DNA of 64,000 nucleotides from Eledone cirrhosa (taxonomy: Eukaryota): assembly GCA_964016885.1 (NCBI GenBank), contig OZ024743.1:360902001-360966000 (forward strand). Reading direction: 5' to 3'. Below are positions 40,401 through 52,300 of the stretch, piece after piece (position 1 is the stretch's first letter; every line of letters begins with the position of its first letter). Position numbers and translations under genes: made by a program. The notes below the pieces were generated by a model. It saw only the letters and a list, made by a program, of their open reading frames with translations, had not been told where the DNA came from and did not search any database.

Positions 40401-42568
40401 AGGGGGGATCATCAACAACAGATGGTGGGGGGGGGGGGGGGGCTCTCAAAAGAGAGATTAGAGTAACTTCGATAGAGTTCAGCAAAGATGTAGCGTTAGA
40501 GAAAAATAGAAAGTAAGGGGAGCTGGTAGAAAGGTTAGACGAGGCTATTTGAGTGGCATTGCAACTGACGTGCTAGCGGCGAGAATGGCATCAGACCATT
40601 TCTTCAATGCCAAACACGAAGGTTGCATTGTCAGAGCTAAGGCGCGTGCGCTGAGAAACGAGGGAACTAAAGCTGTTCGATGGGCCCGCGTGGCGGAGGC
40701 GCGGCGTGGTAATAAAACCACAATTCGGTCTTTAACGGACCGAGACGGACACGAGATAAGCGATTCCAAGCGGATGTGTGAGGCCTTTCGCCAGCACTTT
40801 GCTCGGTTGTTCGGGGAGAGTGGCGAGTCAGAGAGAGTAGCGGATTTCAGTCCCTACCTTGACGGATTGCCGCGCATCTCGACGGTCGACGCTGATCGCC
40901 GCGAAAGGCCAATTACTTCAGCCGGAATTCAGGACGCACTTGTCGGCTGCATAAGGCGCAAGTCACCCGGTTTGGATGGCCTGCCCTACGAGCTTTACGT
41001 AAATATGCCAGACTTGTTCTCCGAACTCCTCGAAGCACTTTACTGCAACTGGCAGCAGAATGGGAGTATTCCTAGTTCTGTGAGCAGGGGAGTGGTGATG
41101 CTGATAAGGAAAGACGATAACAATAGGGATACATTAGACAACTTCAGGCCCATAACTCTGCTCAACTCGGAGTTTAAGATTTTGGCTAAGGTGTTAGCAA
41201 AGAGATTGGCGTTTGTCGTATGATTTGGCTGGGGAGGCGCAAACTTGCGCAATCCCAGCCAGGTCCATACACGACAATTCCCACCTCATGCTATACATCA
41301 TAGAGAGGGTAGGGTGTAAACCTGGCTTCAGTGGGGCACTGATAAATTTAGATCAATCGAAAGCATTCGATAGGGTCGACCATCGGTATCTGGAGTTTGT
41401 CCTCAAAGCAGCTGGCTTCGGCCCTGTCTTCAAAAGCTGGATCGTTGCAATGCACAGCAGCACATGCTCGGTGGTCAAGGTGGCCACCTCTCGGAACCAT
41501 TTCGGCTCTCCCGATCGGTCCGTCAAGGGTGCACTCTCTCTTCCATTCTGTACCAATTGACTCTCGAGCCTTTACTGTGGAAGCTGGAGCTGTTGCAGGG
41601 CTACCGCTCGAACCGGGACGTGGAAAGGCGGTGTCGGCTTATGCAGACGACATCACCGTGATGGTGTCGAACACCTCAGAAATCGAGGTTGTCGGAACCT
41701 TATTGAAGGAATATGAAAGGTTGAAAGGAACCAAACTTAACCCGGAAAAGTCGGTGAGCTTGCAGCTCGGAACCTGGAGAGGCAAGCCCATGCCGTACAA
41801 CAGCGTCGAGGGGGCTGGACGGACGGACCGGTAAAGTTGCTCGGGGGGTTTGGTTCGGACCACACCTCCAGGTGGAAAAGAGTTGGGACGAGGTAACGAG
41901 CAGAGTAGCCAGTCTCACCCAAAAATGGGCTGGGAGGAAGCTATCACTGAAAGGTCGCGCGGAGGTGGCGTATGCGTACATCGCGTCCGTCATCTACTAC
42001 CGCCTGACCGTCGTGGCTTGCCCCCGTCCGCGCCTCGTCAAGTTGGATCGGCTCCTCTTCAAATTCTTGTGGAGAGGACAAGTTCCGTTGGTGAGGCGGT
42101 CCATCCGCTGCCAGCACCCTCTACGCTGAGTGTTGGGCATGCCGTGGCTAATGATGCGCAGACATGCGTTGAGGCTGCGACATCTCCAGATATTCTGCCT
42201 CAACGGTGAACAGGTGTAGTCGCCGTTTATCAGACGGGCCTTTCCGCAGCGCATTTCTTTGACTGAGCTGCAGTCCTGGGTCAAGAAGAGACCAAGACTG
42301 GGTGACTAGCACCTAGAATGTTGCCAGGCACTCACTGCCCTCTACCAAGCGGGCAATGCGATCAGTGGAACTTCCACTCTCGAGTTCTATAGAGGATTAG
42401 TGGTGGGCAAGTGCGATGAAGCACGCGGAGAAGCTTTGGGCCTCGACAAAGTCGAACTGACCAGTCTGTACCGGAGGACGTTTGAACCGGGGACGATGGA
42501 CAAATTCCAGAAATCCCTCGCTTGGCAGTGTTAGCGGGGGGCACTGCCGGTTCGGATAAACTGTACAG
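37494..42568 (+). mobile_element. Tx1/L1-clade LINE, subfamily B, 5'-complete and 3'-truncated, degenerate
   Basis: Follows (ATT)n at 37449-37492. ORF1 contains CFVCGEATHLQAFC; ORF2 starts at ATG 39588 with APE and RT (YADDITV). Ends abruptly within the C-terminal region. Confidence 0.92.
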
Positions 42569-43948
42569 TTTGATGTCAGTTTACTGGAAAGTTTGTTGAA
42601 ATGAATATCAAGCCACTACCTGCAGCCTCAGATATTCAGGACGTGTCGGAGGGTTCTGCTGTTCCCAGCAAGCATGCCTTTTGAAGTGTTCCAAAAAGCG
42701 GGGCGGGGCCAATTTTCTTTAACCATCCTAGGAAACTCATTGAGATAGTACCTAGTGCACCTATGACAATCGGGACCACTTTGACTTCATGGCAGTTCCA
42801 AATTATTTTTATCTCCCACTTTAAGTCCTGGTATCGGTTAATTTTCTCCCTCTCCTTCTCTTGCACTCTCGTGTGGAATGGGCAGGCCACATCCACAATC
42901 AGTCACGATCTGTTTTCCTTGTCCAAAACCACCAGGTCAGGTCTATTGTATTCCAGTTTCTTCTCAGTCTGTGTCCTCAAATCCCATAGCATCTTCACCT
43001 TGTCGTTTTCTATCACCGACTCTGACTTATGCTCATACAACTTCTCAGAATGTGGAAAATTGTTTACTTTGCATAGATGCCAGTGGATCACCCTGCCCAT
43101 CACATCATGTCTCCAGCCTTTATAGTGAGTCTGGGCTAGGTGTTTACACTCGGATACAATGTGAGCCACAGTCTCCTCTCTCTTTCTCTCCACAGATCCT
43201 ACACAGTGGGCTAGCCTCCTCCTTGTAAATATGGTGTTGCAGCCACTTCGTGTTGAGGGTCTGCTCTTGCGTAGCCATTAGCATTCCTTCTGTAGCCTTT
43301 TTAATGTCTCCTCTTTTCAACCAGTTCCATGTCTGTGAATCTTTGAATTCAGATTTCTCAAAGAAGGTACTATGAAGGGATTTTTCATGAAGGTTTCTCT
43401 TCCTCCTTGTTGTTATTTCTTCCTTGGAGATCCCCTGGTTTATTGTTCTCTCCTTGAGTACAATTCTGAGCATTGGCTCCCTACTCTCGGTCACGTATTT
43501 GTGTAGGTTGATTTTTCTCCATCTGAACACAGTCTTCTATGCTGATAAGACCCATTCCACCTTCAGATTTCTTTAAGTAGAGTCTATCGACATCACTCCT
43601 CTTGTGGAACATGTTGTAGATACTCAATAGCCTCCTAGTCTTCCTATCCATTTCTTTTTGTTCAGTAACATTCCATTTCAGAATTCCCGCACTGTATCTA
43701 ATAATAGACACAACTCGGGAATTTACTGCACTTATGATATTCCTACTATTTAGACCTGATTTTAATACGCTCCTTACTCTCCTAACGTACTAAGATCTTA
43801 TCAATTCCTTCATTTTTTTGTTCTTGATGTCATCTGCCTCCAGAACACCTAAATATTTGTATCCCTCTTCAGTGTCAATTTCCTTTATCATCTCACCTGT
43901 TGGTACCTGGATTCCGTTGCTTCTGCTCAATTTAACCCTCTTCATCCC
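42569..43948 (-). mobile_element. R4/Dong family A, 3' part (tail lost)
   Basis: YKYLGVLEADD, CRICGE..HIVSEC, RPDLVVLDK and KYQDL-like motifs; closely similar to 33380-34745. Confidence 0.9.
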
Positions 43949-43952
43949 TAGG

Positions 43953-44090
43953 ACTCCATAGAGGTTAACGTTGCCTTTCATCCTTGCGGGGTCGATAAAA
44001 TGAAGTACCAGTAATGTACTGGTTAATTGCTGGCCTTGTGCCTCAAATTGAAACAATTATTATTATTATTTTTATTATTATTATTATTAT
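43953..44090 (+). mobile_element. 5'-truncated SINE, copy 8, with ATT tail followed by (TG)n
   Basis: Core gcctttcatccttgcggggtcgataaaatgaagtaccagt and tail ggccttgtgcc..gaaacaattattatt. Confidence 0.8.
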
Positions 44091-44974
44091 ATATGTATGT
44101 GTGTGCGTGTGTGTGTGTGTGTGTGTGTCTGTCTATGTGTGCGTGTGTGTATGTGTTTCAGTAACAGTAAATAGACTATTGAGACGCAGATAATTATTTG
44201 TGTTGATGTTGTTTCGTTAATTAAATAATATCTTCTCATTAAGAAAACACAGAACAGCTCCGATATCTCATAGAATGAAAGACATATAGTACATTTTAAG
44301 TTGTCAACTATGCCGACCTCGTATCACATCGTCAAGATTTTCTCGTTCTTTACTTTCTTAATTTTCTGCAAAATGTAATTTGAGTAAATTTTATTGTATT
44401 TTAGATGTTTTGCTTTTATCGTTTTTTTCTTTTTCTAGATGCTGTTCTTGCTCTTCTTTTTGTTGCTGATGTCATATTTTTTCTTGTTTTTGTTATTATT
44501 GATATATTACGATAATTACTGTATGTTGAAAAACACACTCAAATATGTCTACTAGACGAAGAAAAGAGTAGTTTTTATAATCACAAGAGATGCCAAATCT
44601 TCGTTTCGTTTTTTAAGATGCTAAAATGCAGTTACCGAACAATCTCATTTTTCAGTTACATACAAACATGTTTATTCTGGCATTCGCACTTGAGTACAAT
44701 GTAGTTATTTTATAATAATTAAATCTAAAGTATGATAGGAGGTAATTTCAAGGGAAAACAATAATGCAAGTAAATATTAAAAAAGAACTTAATAAAAACT
44801 TCCAAATTTTATAGCAGATTACAGATTACTGACTCAAGGTAATATTAGATAAGTTAATAATTAGTCATCTGATTTTATAAAAATCCCTAAAACAAAAGAA
44901 AAAATGTTTAGGATTAGGGTTTGATATCATTTTGGCATGTTCAGGTTTATCATTATGATTTACAGAGCCTATCA

Positions 44975-45088
44975 TCTACTTATATATATAACCAGCAATT
45001 TCTCTGTCTGTCTGTCCGACAGTAGAAACACGTGCGTAGAGAGAGAGTAAGAGTGAAAGAAAGAGACAGACTACGAGAGGGGGATAGC

Positions 45089-45137
<49 letters not shown>

Positions 45138-45930
45138 TACACGCTAAAACACGTGCTACAGAAATATTACCTTCCCCTCTCCACTGACTTTGGTCACTGA
45201 GGCCGAGGGAATCGCTGGTTGCTATAGAGACACCTTGCACAAGCCAGAAGTAAACAGTTCGAGGCGGTTCTGACTTGACACCATGCGAAGAAGGTTGCCA
45301 TTGAATTTGTGGTTTGAAGAAGGTTGCCATTGAATTTGTGGTTGTTGCTGCTGATAATAAGGACCATTTGAAGAAGGTTGCTGCTGATGAGGTAATTTAT
45401 TAATCAGATTGCGCAGTTCCATAACCTACGTTTGATTTGTTCAATTTTTTTCTTCAATTTTTGTTGTTGTTTTTTTTTATTTCTTATTGAAAAAATATAA
45501 ATAATAAAATATGGTTAGAAATTTAAATACAATTAAATACGATTTAATTTCCATTTCCAGCAGCCAATGTCCAGTGTTCAATTTCATGAAAAAATTGGAA
45601 ATAATACAAAAAATTGAAGTTTAACTTTTGAACATTTGTTTTGACAATAAAAAAATATTTCCTTATTCACACCTAATGGTATGATTAAAATTTCATAGGA
45701 ATATTTTTTTCTAACCGCCAGTTATTTATTTTCTCCTTTTTCGTTTTAACATATATTTATTTCAAAGATTTCCCCGTATAGATAACATATATATTTATAC
45801 ATGCATAAAAGACACACCGAGAGACGGTGAACATATGGTCGCGAAAACATTCTCATCCAAATCTCAACAATATCAGTATATACATTAGATTTGCTAGCAG
45901 AAAACCGCCCACCGGCTGGTTTTCTGCTAG
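44975..45930 (+). mobile_element. Non-autonomous Helitron 1
   Basis: A|TC 5' end, tatatata then (CTGT)n; 3' hairpin ctagcagaaaacc/ggttttctgctag ending in CTAG. Contains (GA)n and a segment shared with Helitron 2. Confidence 0.7.
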
Positions 45931-45977
45931 TCTATATATATAAAACAGAGGATGTGTGTTTGTCTGTGTGTAGTGGA

Positions 45978-48510
45978 TGCTACATTATTCGAGGTTGGCG
46001 TCTACACCGCTCGCCCGATCTCGCTCAAATTTGCATACATCACTCCTCATGACCCTTTACATTGCTCAGGCTACTTTGTTTTGTGATAGGTCCCCCCGGG
46101 GGCCCGCAATCCACCTTTTTCTCTATTTTGGGTGAAATCGGGAGATGAGGTTGCATTTTATGCACGCGTGAAACATTTTTCCTTTTGAGATTTTTGACCC
46201 GGTTTTTTGCTAATATGGGTAGAAGAGAGTCTAAATTTTGTTGACGTGCTCGAATCATTTCGAAATTCGGTCGAGAGTGAAGCTCGAGGTCGAATCTCCA
46301 CTTCGTATATAGAGAGACAGGAATAAAAGGTCTTATAGTAACATTACCTTCCCCTTCCCCCTTCTTTAGAGAGAGAGAGAGGAAGATAGAGAGAGAAGTT
46401 TTGGGTGTCACAGAAATATTACATTACCCTCTCCACTTTGGTCAGTGAGCGAACCACTGTTGCTATAGTAACATTACCTTCCCCCTCCCCCTTTTTGATT
46501 GAGCGAGGAATATAGAGAGAGACGTTGTTGGTGTTACAGCAACATTACCTTCCCCTCTCCACTTACTTTGGTCTTTGAGACCGAGTGAACCATTGTTGCT
46601 ATAGTTACAGCTTCACGTGACACAAACCAGTTCCTGCCAGTTCTGACCACCTGGCACCAGTTCAGTCAGTTTTTGCTTTCTTTCGGTCGAGAAGTGGACA
46701 AATTTTCGCCTTGAATCAAAAAAAAAAGTTCCTGTGCGGCTGGATGTGGCAGCTTTTATTCTGTTTTGGCAAGACTGCTATCAAAAAATTCTGCAGACTC
46801 TTATCGTTGATTTGAGTGGCCTGCAAAGCTTTGATTTTCAAACGCTACACTTGCTACTTGGTTAGGCTACTGTGTAGACGTGTCCTTCACTCTCACTGCA
46901 TTACATTTTGTGACCTCGCTTTCGGTCTTTGCCATTCCCAGTACGTTTTTTGTTTACTTTTTTCTTGCTTAAAATTGTAACAATTTGTCACTTTTTTTTA
47001 ACTTCCCCAAAATACTGCTTATCACCTTCGCTTTTTTGCCTTTGCTCTAAACCTGCTTCCCCTTTACTGTTTACTGTACTATTGCAACCATGCCACTGAA
47101 AAGAAAGAGTACCCTTAGCCGTAGGAAAACATCGTCTGTTGTTTCAAAAAAGAGGCGATTGAATGAGCAGTCTACGGATGCCGGACTGCATTTTAGGCCA
47201 CAAACCCCTGCTACTTCGCTTTCAAACTTAAGTACCCCTAGCACAGCCCAACCCAGCGCCTCTCTATCTACTGTTACCGCATCGAATCGTGCCATTCGTA
47301 ATTGTCGGAATGCAGTTGCAACAGTCGCCTCTAGGGCAGCAGAGAGTGACAGCCAAAGAGCTCTTCGTAGGGCTAGGAATGCTGCAACTACTGCTGCTGC
47401 AAGGGCCTCTGAAACTAAACAGCAAACAGCCACCAGACGGTCAAAGAACGCTGCTTCAACCGCCGCCTCCCGTGCCGCAGAAACCGACCAGGAGACAGCC
47501 ATACGAAGGTCCAAGGACTCCGCCTCCAAGGCAGCTGCCAGAGCATCCCAGACCGAGATACAGACAGCCATCCGAAGGTGCCAGAACGCTGTATCCACCA
47601 CCGCCTCCCGTGCCGCAGAACATCAAATCCTCAAAGTGGAGAGGGGAATGTAATATTTCTGTGACACCCAAAACTTCTCTCTCTATCTTCTTCTCTCTCT
47701 CTCTAAAGAAGGGGGAAGGGGAAGGTAATGTTACTATAAGACCTTTTATTCCTGTCTCTCTATATACGAAGTGGAGATTCGACCTCGAGCTTCACTCTCG
47801 ACCGAATTTCGAAATGATTCGAGCACGTCAACAAAATTTAAACTCTCTTCTACCCATATTAGCAAAATACCGGATCAAAAAACTCAAAAGGAAAATTTTT
47901 TCACGCGTGCATAAAATGCAACTTCATCTCCCAATTTCACCCAAAATAGAGAAAAAGGTGGATTGCGGGCCCCTGGGAGGACCTATCAAAAAACAAAGTA
48001 GCCTAAGCAATGTAAAGGGTCATGAGGAGAGGGTAATGTAAAGAGTCAAAGTGGATAGGGGAATGTAATATTTCTGTGACACCCAAAGCTTCTCTCTCTA
48101 TCTTCCTCTCTCTCTCTCTAAAGAAGGGGGAAGGGGAAGGTAATGTTACTATAAGACCTGTTATTCCTCTCTCTCTATATACGAAGTGGAGATTCGATCT
48201 ACAGCTTCACTTTCGACCGAATTTCGAAATGATTCGAGCACGTCAACAAAATTTAGACTCTTTTCTACCCATATTAGCCAAAAACCGGATCAAAAAACTC
48301 AAAAGGAAAAATTTTTCACGCGTGCATAAAATGCAACCTCCTCTCCAGATTTCACCCAAAATAGACAAAAAGGTGGATTACAGACCTCTGGGGGGAACGT
48401 ATCAAAAAACAAAGTAGCCTAAGCAATGTAAAGGGTCATGAGGAGTGATGTATGCAAATCTGAGCGAGATCGGGCGAGCGGTGTAGACGCCAACCTCGAA
48501 TAATGTAGCA
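45978..48510. repeat. About 460-bp inverted repeat (45978-46440 vs 48047-48510) plus a third tandem copy (47632-48028)
   Basis: The arms are near-exact reverse complements. The same spurious ORF (TPKTSLSIF..VKGHEE) appears on - at 46040 and on + at 47661 and 48076. Confidence 0.92.
47090..47653 (+). CDS. Truncated N-terminus of a putative Helitron RepHel protein: basic NLS-like start and four 23-aa (STPR-like) repeats
   Basis: MPLKRKSTLSRRK..KKRRL; repeats RAAESDSQRALRRARNAATTAAA / RASETKQQTATRRSKNAASTAAS / RAAETDQETAIRRSKDSASKAAA / RASQTEIQTAIRRCQNAVSTTAS. Cut off by the repeat arm at 47632. Confidence 0.6.
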   Translation: MPLKRKSTLSRRKTSSVVSKKRRLNEQSTDAGLHFRPQTPATSLSNLSTPSTAQPSASLSTVTASNRAIRNCRNAVATVASRAAESDSQRALRRARNAATTAAARASETKQQTATRRSKNAASTAASRAAETDQETAIRRSKDSASKAAARASQTEIQTAIRRCQNAVSTTASRAAEHQILKVERGM

Positions 48511-49250
48511 CCCGCACACACACATGTTGTCTGTGCCCACGTAGGGAGCAGGAATGGACTTTTTGCTTACACTCCTCAAGGGATGACACGCAATATCGTC
48601 TACATAGAGGTGCTATAGATGTTGGTGCATGTGTTGGAGGTGTTGGAGCTATGCCGTCTGGAAAACTATTTCCTGGTAGGGTCACCCATGGCGAACAGAT
48701 GTGACACCCAGCGGCGTCAGGGTCACCATCTTGCAACTTTGGTCTGCTAAATTCGCTATTGGAAGATTATTAACCTATCATTGATTGTCCAAAATGCTAA
48801 TTGGTTCGTAACTTTTAATAACCGGTTCAACTGCTTTATGCACTTAATTGATAAGCTTATTCGCTTTCAAGCCACGTTTACCTGTATGTAACTTTTCATA
48901 GCAAATGAACAAACCCGAGCAACGCCGGGCTAAACTGCTAGTATGGAATAAAACATTTTGCTTCTTTAATAATATGTATTCTAGATAAGAAGTATTTGGA
49001 ATTGGAATTGGAGCGAGCGCTAGGAACTCTACAATTTAAAATACGCGCTCGATTTCGTTTTTGTCTCAAAACTGAGAATATGTCTGGTGTAGCTAAGACA
49101 AAGGCTTCCAGATTATGACAGTAGATGATTATAAGTTGAACATTGCATGGAATGTTCATTTTTGCAATATCTTCTTTTTATAATTAAACTGGAACAGGCG
49201 CATGTTTCGAGGGGAATTTTCGAGATTAACCTGAGAATATTTAGAGAACG

Positions 49251-49343
<93 letters not shown>

Positions 49344-49389
49344 TTTCTTTATTTTAATAATAATAAAACTACTACTAATAATAATAATG
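49251..49389. repeat. (TAC)n(TAA)n compound microsatellite continuous with the Tx1-B tail
   Basis: Read directly from the sequence. Confidence 0.95.
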
Positions 49390-52300
49390 ATATCATTTAT
49401 TAGCCACCAGGGCCGACATGTAGGGGACAATACAAAGACATGGACAGTGGGGGTTTACAATATGGTCGAGTAAAAGTGCACAATGGCAAGTCTAATTTAA
49501 CAATGAAAATATAAAAATATAAAATAAACTATGCATAAATATAACAAAATAAATTCCCCGATAGGGGGTGGACGACCCTGGGGTGACTCGGGTACCCCAC
49601 CAATCCTGAACCACCCCGAACTTCTAGGGCACCCAGGGAGAGCACCCATCTCCTCAAGTTAGCTAGCCTATAGGCGCATGGCCAGAGTAGGCCCATTCAC
49701 ACGAGCCATTCTCGCCACATTCACCCACCTTTTAGCAAATGTACTGGGGGGCAGTACTTCTCTCTCCACCCTCACCTTCCTTTCCAGGCGAAACTTGAAG
49801 AAGTTGATGAGGGATTGGCCGAAGAGAAAAGTGTCTGTCTTTAGTCCTTTCAACCTGGTCCACCATATAATCTCTTTCGCAACTGCCACCAGACAGGGGA
49901 AAATTTCTTGCTCTTCCTGACCTAAGGAAGGCAGTTGATCGATCTTCACTATGGACTCGGCCGATAGCCGGATTCGTTCTACACGCTACAGTAGCTGTTC
50001 GACATAACTCCACAAGTCAGTAATGCACGGACATTGGACAAGTGCGTGCAGAATGGTTTCGTCGTTCTGTGCGCCTCTTGGGCAGGTCCGTCTGACAGCA
50101 CTTCCGTACCTGTAGAGTTTATCCCGAACCGGCAGTGCCCCCCGGTAGCACTGCCAAGCGAGGGATTTCTGGAAATTGTCCATCGTCCCCGGCTCAAAAG
50201 TCCTCCAGTACAGACTGGTCAGTTCGACTTCGTCGAGGCCCAAAGCTTCTCCGAGTGCGTCATCGCACTTGCCCACCACTAATCCTCTATAGAACTGAGA
50301 GTGGAAGATCCACTGATCACATTGCCCGCTTGGTAGAGGGCAGTGAGTGCCTGGCAACATTCCAGGTGCCAGTCACCCAGTCTCGGTCTCTTCTTGACCC
50401 AGGACTGCAGCTCGGTCAGAAAAATGAGCTGCGGAAAAGCCCGTCTGATAAACGGCGACCACACCTGTTCACCGTTGAGGCAGAATATCTGGAGATGTCG
50501 TAGCCTCAACGCATGTCTGCGCATCATTAACCACGGCATTTCCAGCCCTCCGCGTAGAGGGTGCTGGCAGCAGATGGACCGCCTCACCAACGGAACTTGT
50601 CCCCTCCACAAGAATTTGAAGAAGAGCCGTTCCAACTTGACGAGGCGCGGACGGGGGCAAGGACGACGGTCAGGCGGTAGTAGATGACGGACGCGATGTA
50701 TGCATTCGCCACCTCCGCTCGACCTTTCAGTCATAGCTTCCTCCCAGCCCATTTTTGGGTGAGACTGGCTACTCTGCTCGTTACCTCGTCCCAATTCTTT
50801 TCCACCTGGATGTCTGGTCCGAACCAAACCCTGAGCAACTTTACCGGTCCGTCCGTCCAGCGCCCCACGACGCTGTCGGACGGCATGGGCTTGCCTCTCC
50901 AGGTTCCGAGCTGCAATCCCACCGACTTTTTCGGGTTAAGTTTGGCTCCTGTCAACCTTTCATATTCCTTCAATAAGGTGCCGAACACCTCGATTCCTCG
51001 ACACCGCCTTTCTACGTCCCGGTTCGAACGGGATGCCCTGCAACAGCTCCAGCTTCCGCAGTAAAGGCTTGAGAGTCAATACGTACAGAAGGGAAGAGAG
51101 AGAGCACCCTTGACGGAACGATCGGGAGAACCGAAATGGTTCCGATAGGTGGCCATTAACCTTAACCACCGAGCGTGTGCCGCTGTGCATTGCAACGATC
51201 CAGCTTCTAAAGACAGGGCCGAAGCCAGCTGCTTTGAGGACAAACTCCAGATACCGATGGTCGACTCTATCGAATGCTTTCGATTGATCTAAATTGATCA
51301 GTGCCCCACCGAAGCCAGGTTTACACCCTACCCTCTCTATGATGTATCGGATGAGGTGGAGATTGTCGTGTATGGACCTGGCTGGGATTGCGCAAGTTTG
51401 CGCCTCCCTAACCAAATCCTCGACGACAAGCGCCAATCTCTTTGCTAACACCTTGGCCAAAATCTTAAACTCTGTGTTGAGCAGAGTTATGGGCCTGAAG
51501 TTGTCTAATGTATCCCTCTTGTTCTCGTCTTTCCTTATCAGCGTCACCACTCCCCTGCTCACAGTACTGGGAATACTCCCATTCTGCTGCCAGTTGCAGT
51601 AGAGTGCTTCGAGGAGTTCAGAGAACAAGTCTGTCATATTTACGTAAAGCTCGTAAGGCAGGCCATCCAAACCGGGTGACTTGCGCCTCATGCAGCCGAC
51701 AAGGGCGTCCTGAAATCCGGCTGAAGTAATCGGCCTTTCGCAGCGCTCAGCGTCGACCGTCGAGATGCGCGGCAAGCCGTCAAGGTAGAGACTGAAATCG
51801 GCTACTCTCTCTGACTCGCCACTCTCCCCAAAGAACCGAGCAAAGTGCTGGCGAAAGGCCTCACACATCCGCTTGGAATCGCTTATCTCGTGTCTGTCTC
51901 GGTCCGTGAAAGACCGAATTGTGGTTTTATTACCACGCTGCGCCTCCGCCAGGCGGGCCCATCGAACAGCTTTAGTTCCCTCGTTTCCCAGCGCACGCAC
52001 CTTAGCTCTGACAATGCAACCTTCGTGTTTGGCATTGAAGAAATGGTCTGACGCCATTCTCGCCGCTAGCACGTCAGTTGCGATGCCACTACCAATAGCC
52101 CCGTCTAACTTATCTACCAGCTCCCCCTCCTTTCTATTTTTCTCTAACGCTAGTTCTTTGCTGAACTCTATCAAAGTTACTCTAATCTCTCTTTTGAGAG
52201 CCACCCACCATCTGTTGTTGATGATCCCCCCTGTCAACTTTTGCTTAACTAAATTGTTGACTCGGTCCCTGTAAGCCTTACGTGCCAGAAATGACATGTT

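Larger units (their letters stand above)
45931..48941 (+). mobile_element. Helitron 2 (internally deleted) with internal fold-back
   Basis: 5' TCTATATATATAAAA plus GT/CT-rich leader; 3' cccgagcaacgccggg hairpin then CTAG|T; no TSD. Confidence 0.8.

Noticed and set aside
18240-44090. CRISPR-like repeat-spacer array
   Set aside because: The separators are variable-length microsatellites and the 'spacers' are retroelements in eukaryotic DNA; there are no cas genes.
46040-48417. Three similar 113-250 aa ORFs (TPKTSLSIF...) as a gene family
   Set aside because: They are translations of the non-coding Helitron repeat arms, include (CT)n-derived sequence, begin at GTG rather than ATG and show no domain.
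21311-49473. Poly-Ile/Asn/Leu/Thr/Val ORFs and antisense ORFs over the LINEs
   Set aside because: These are translations of trinucleotide microsatellites or shadow frames of GC-richer retroelement sequence.
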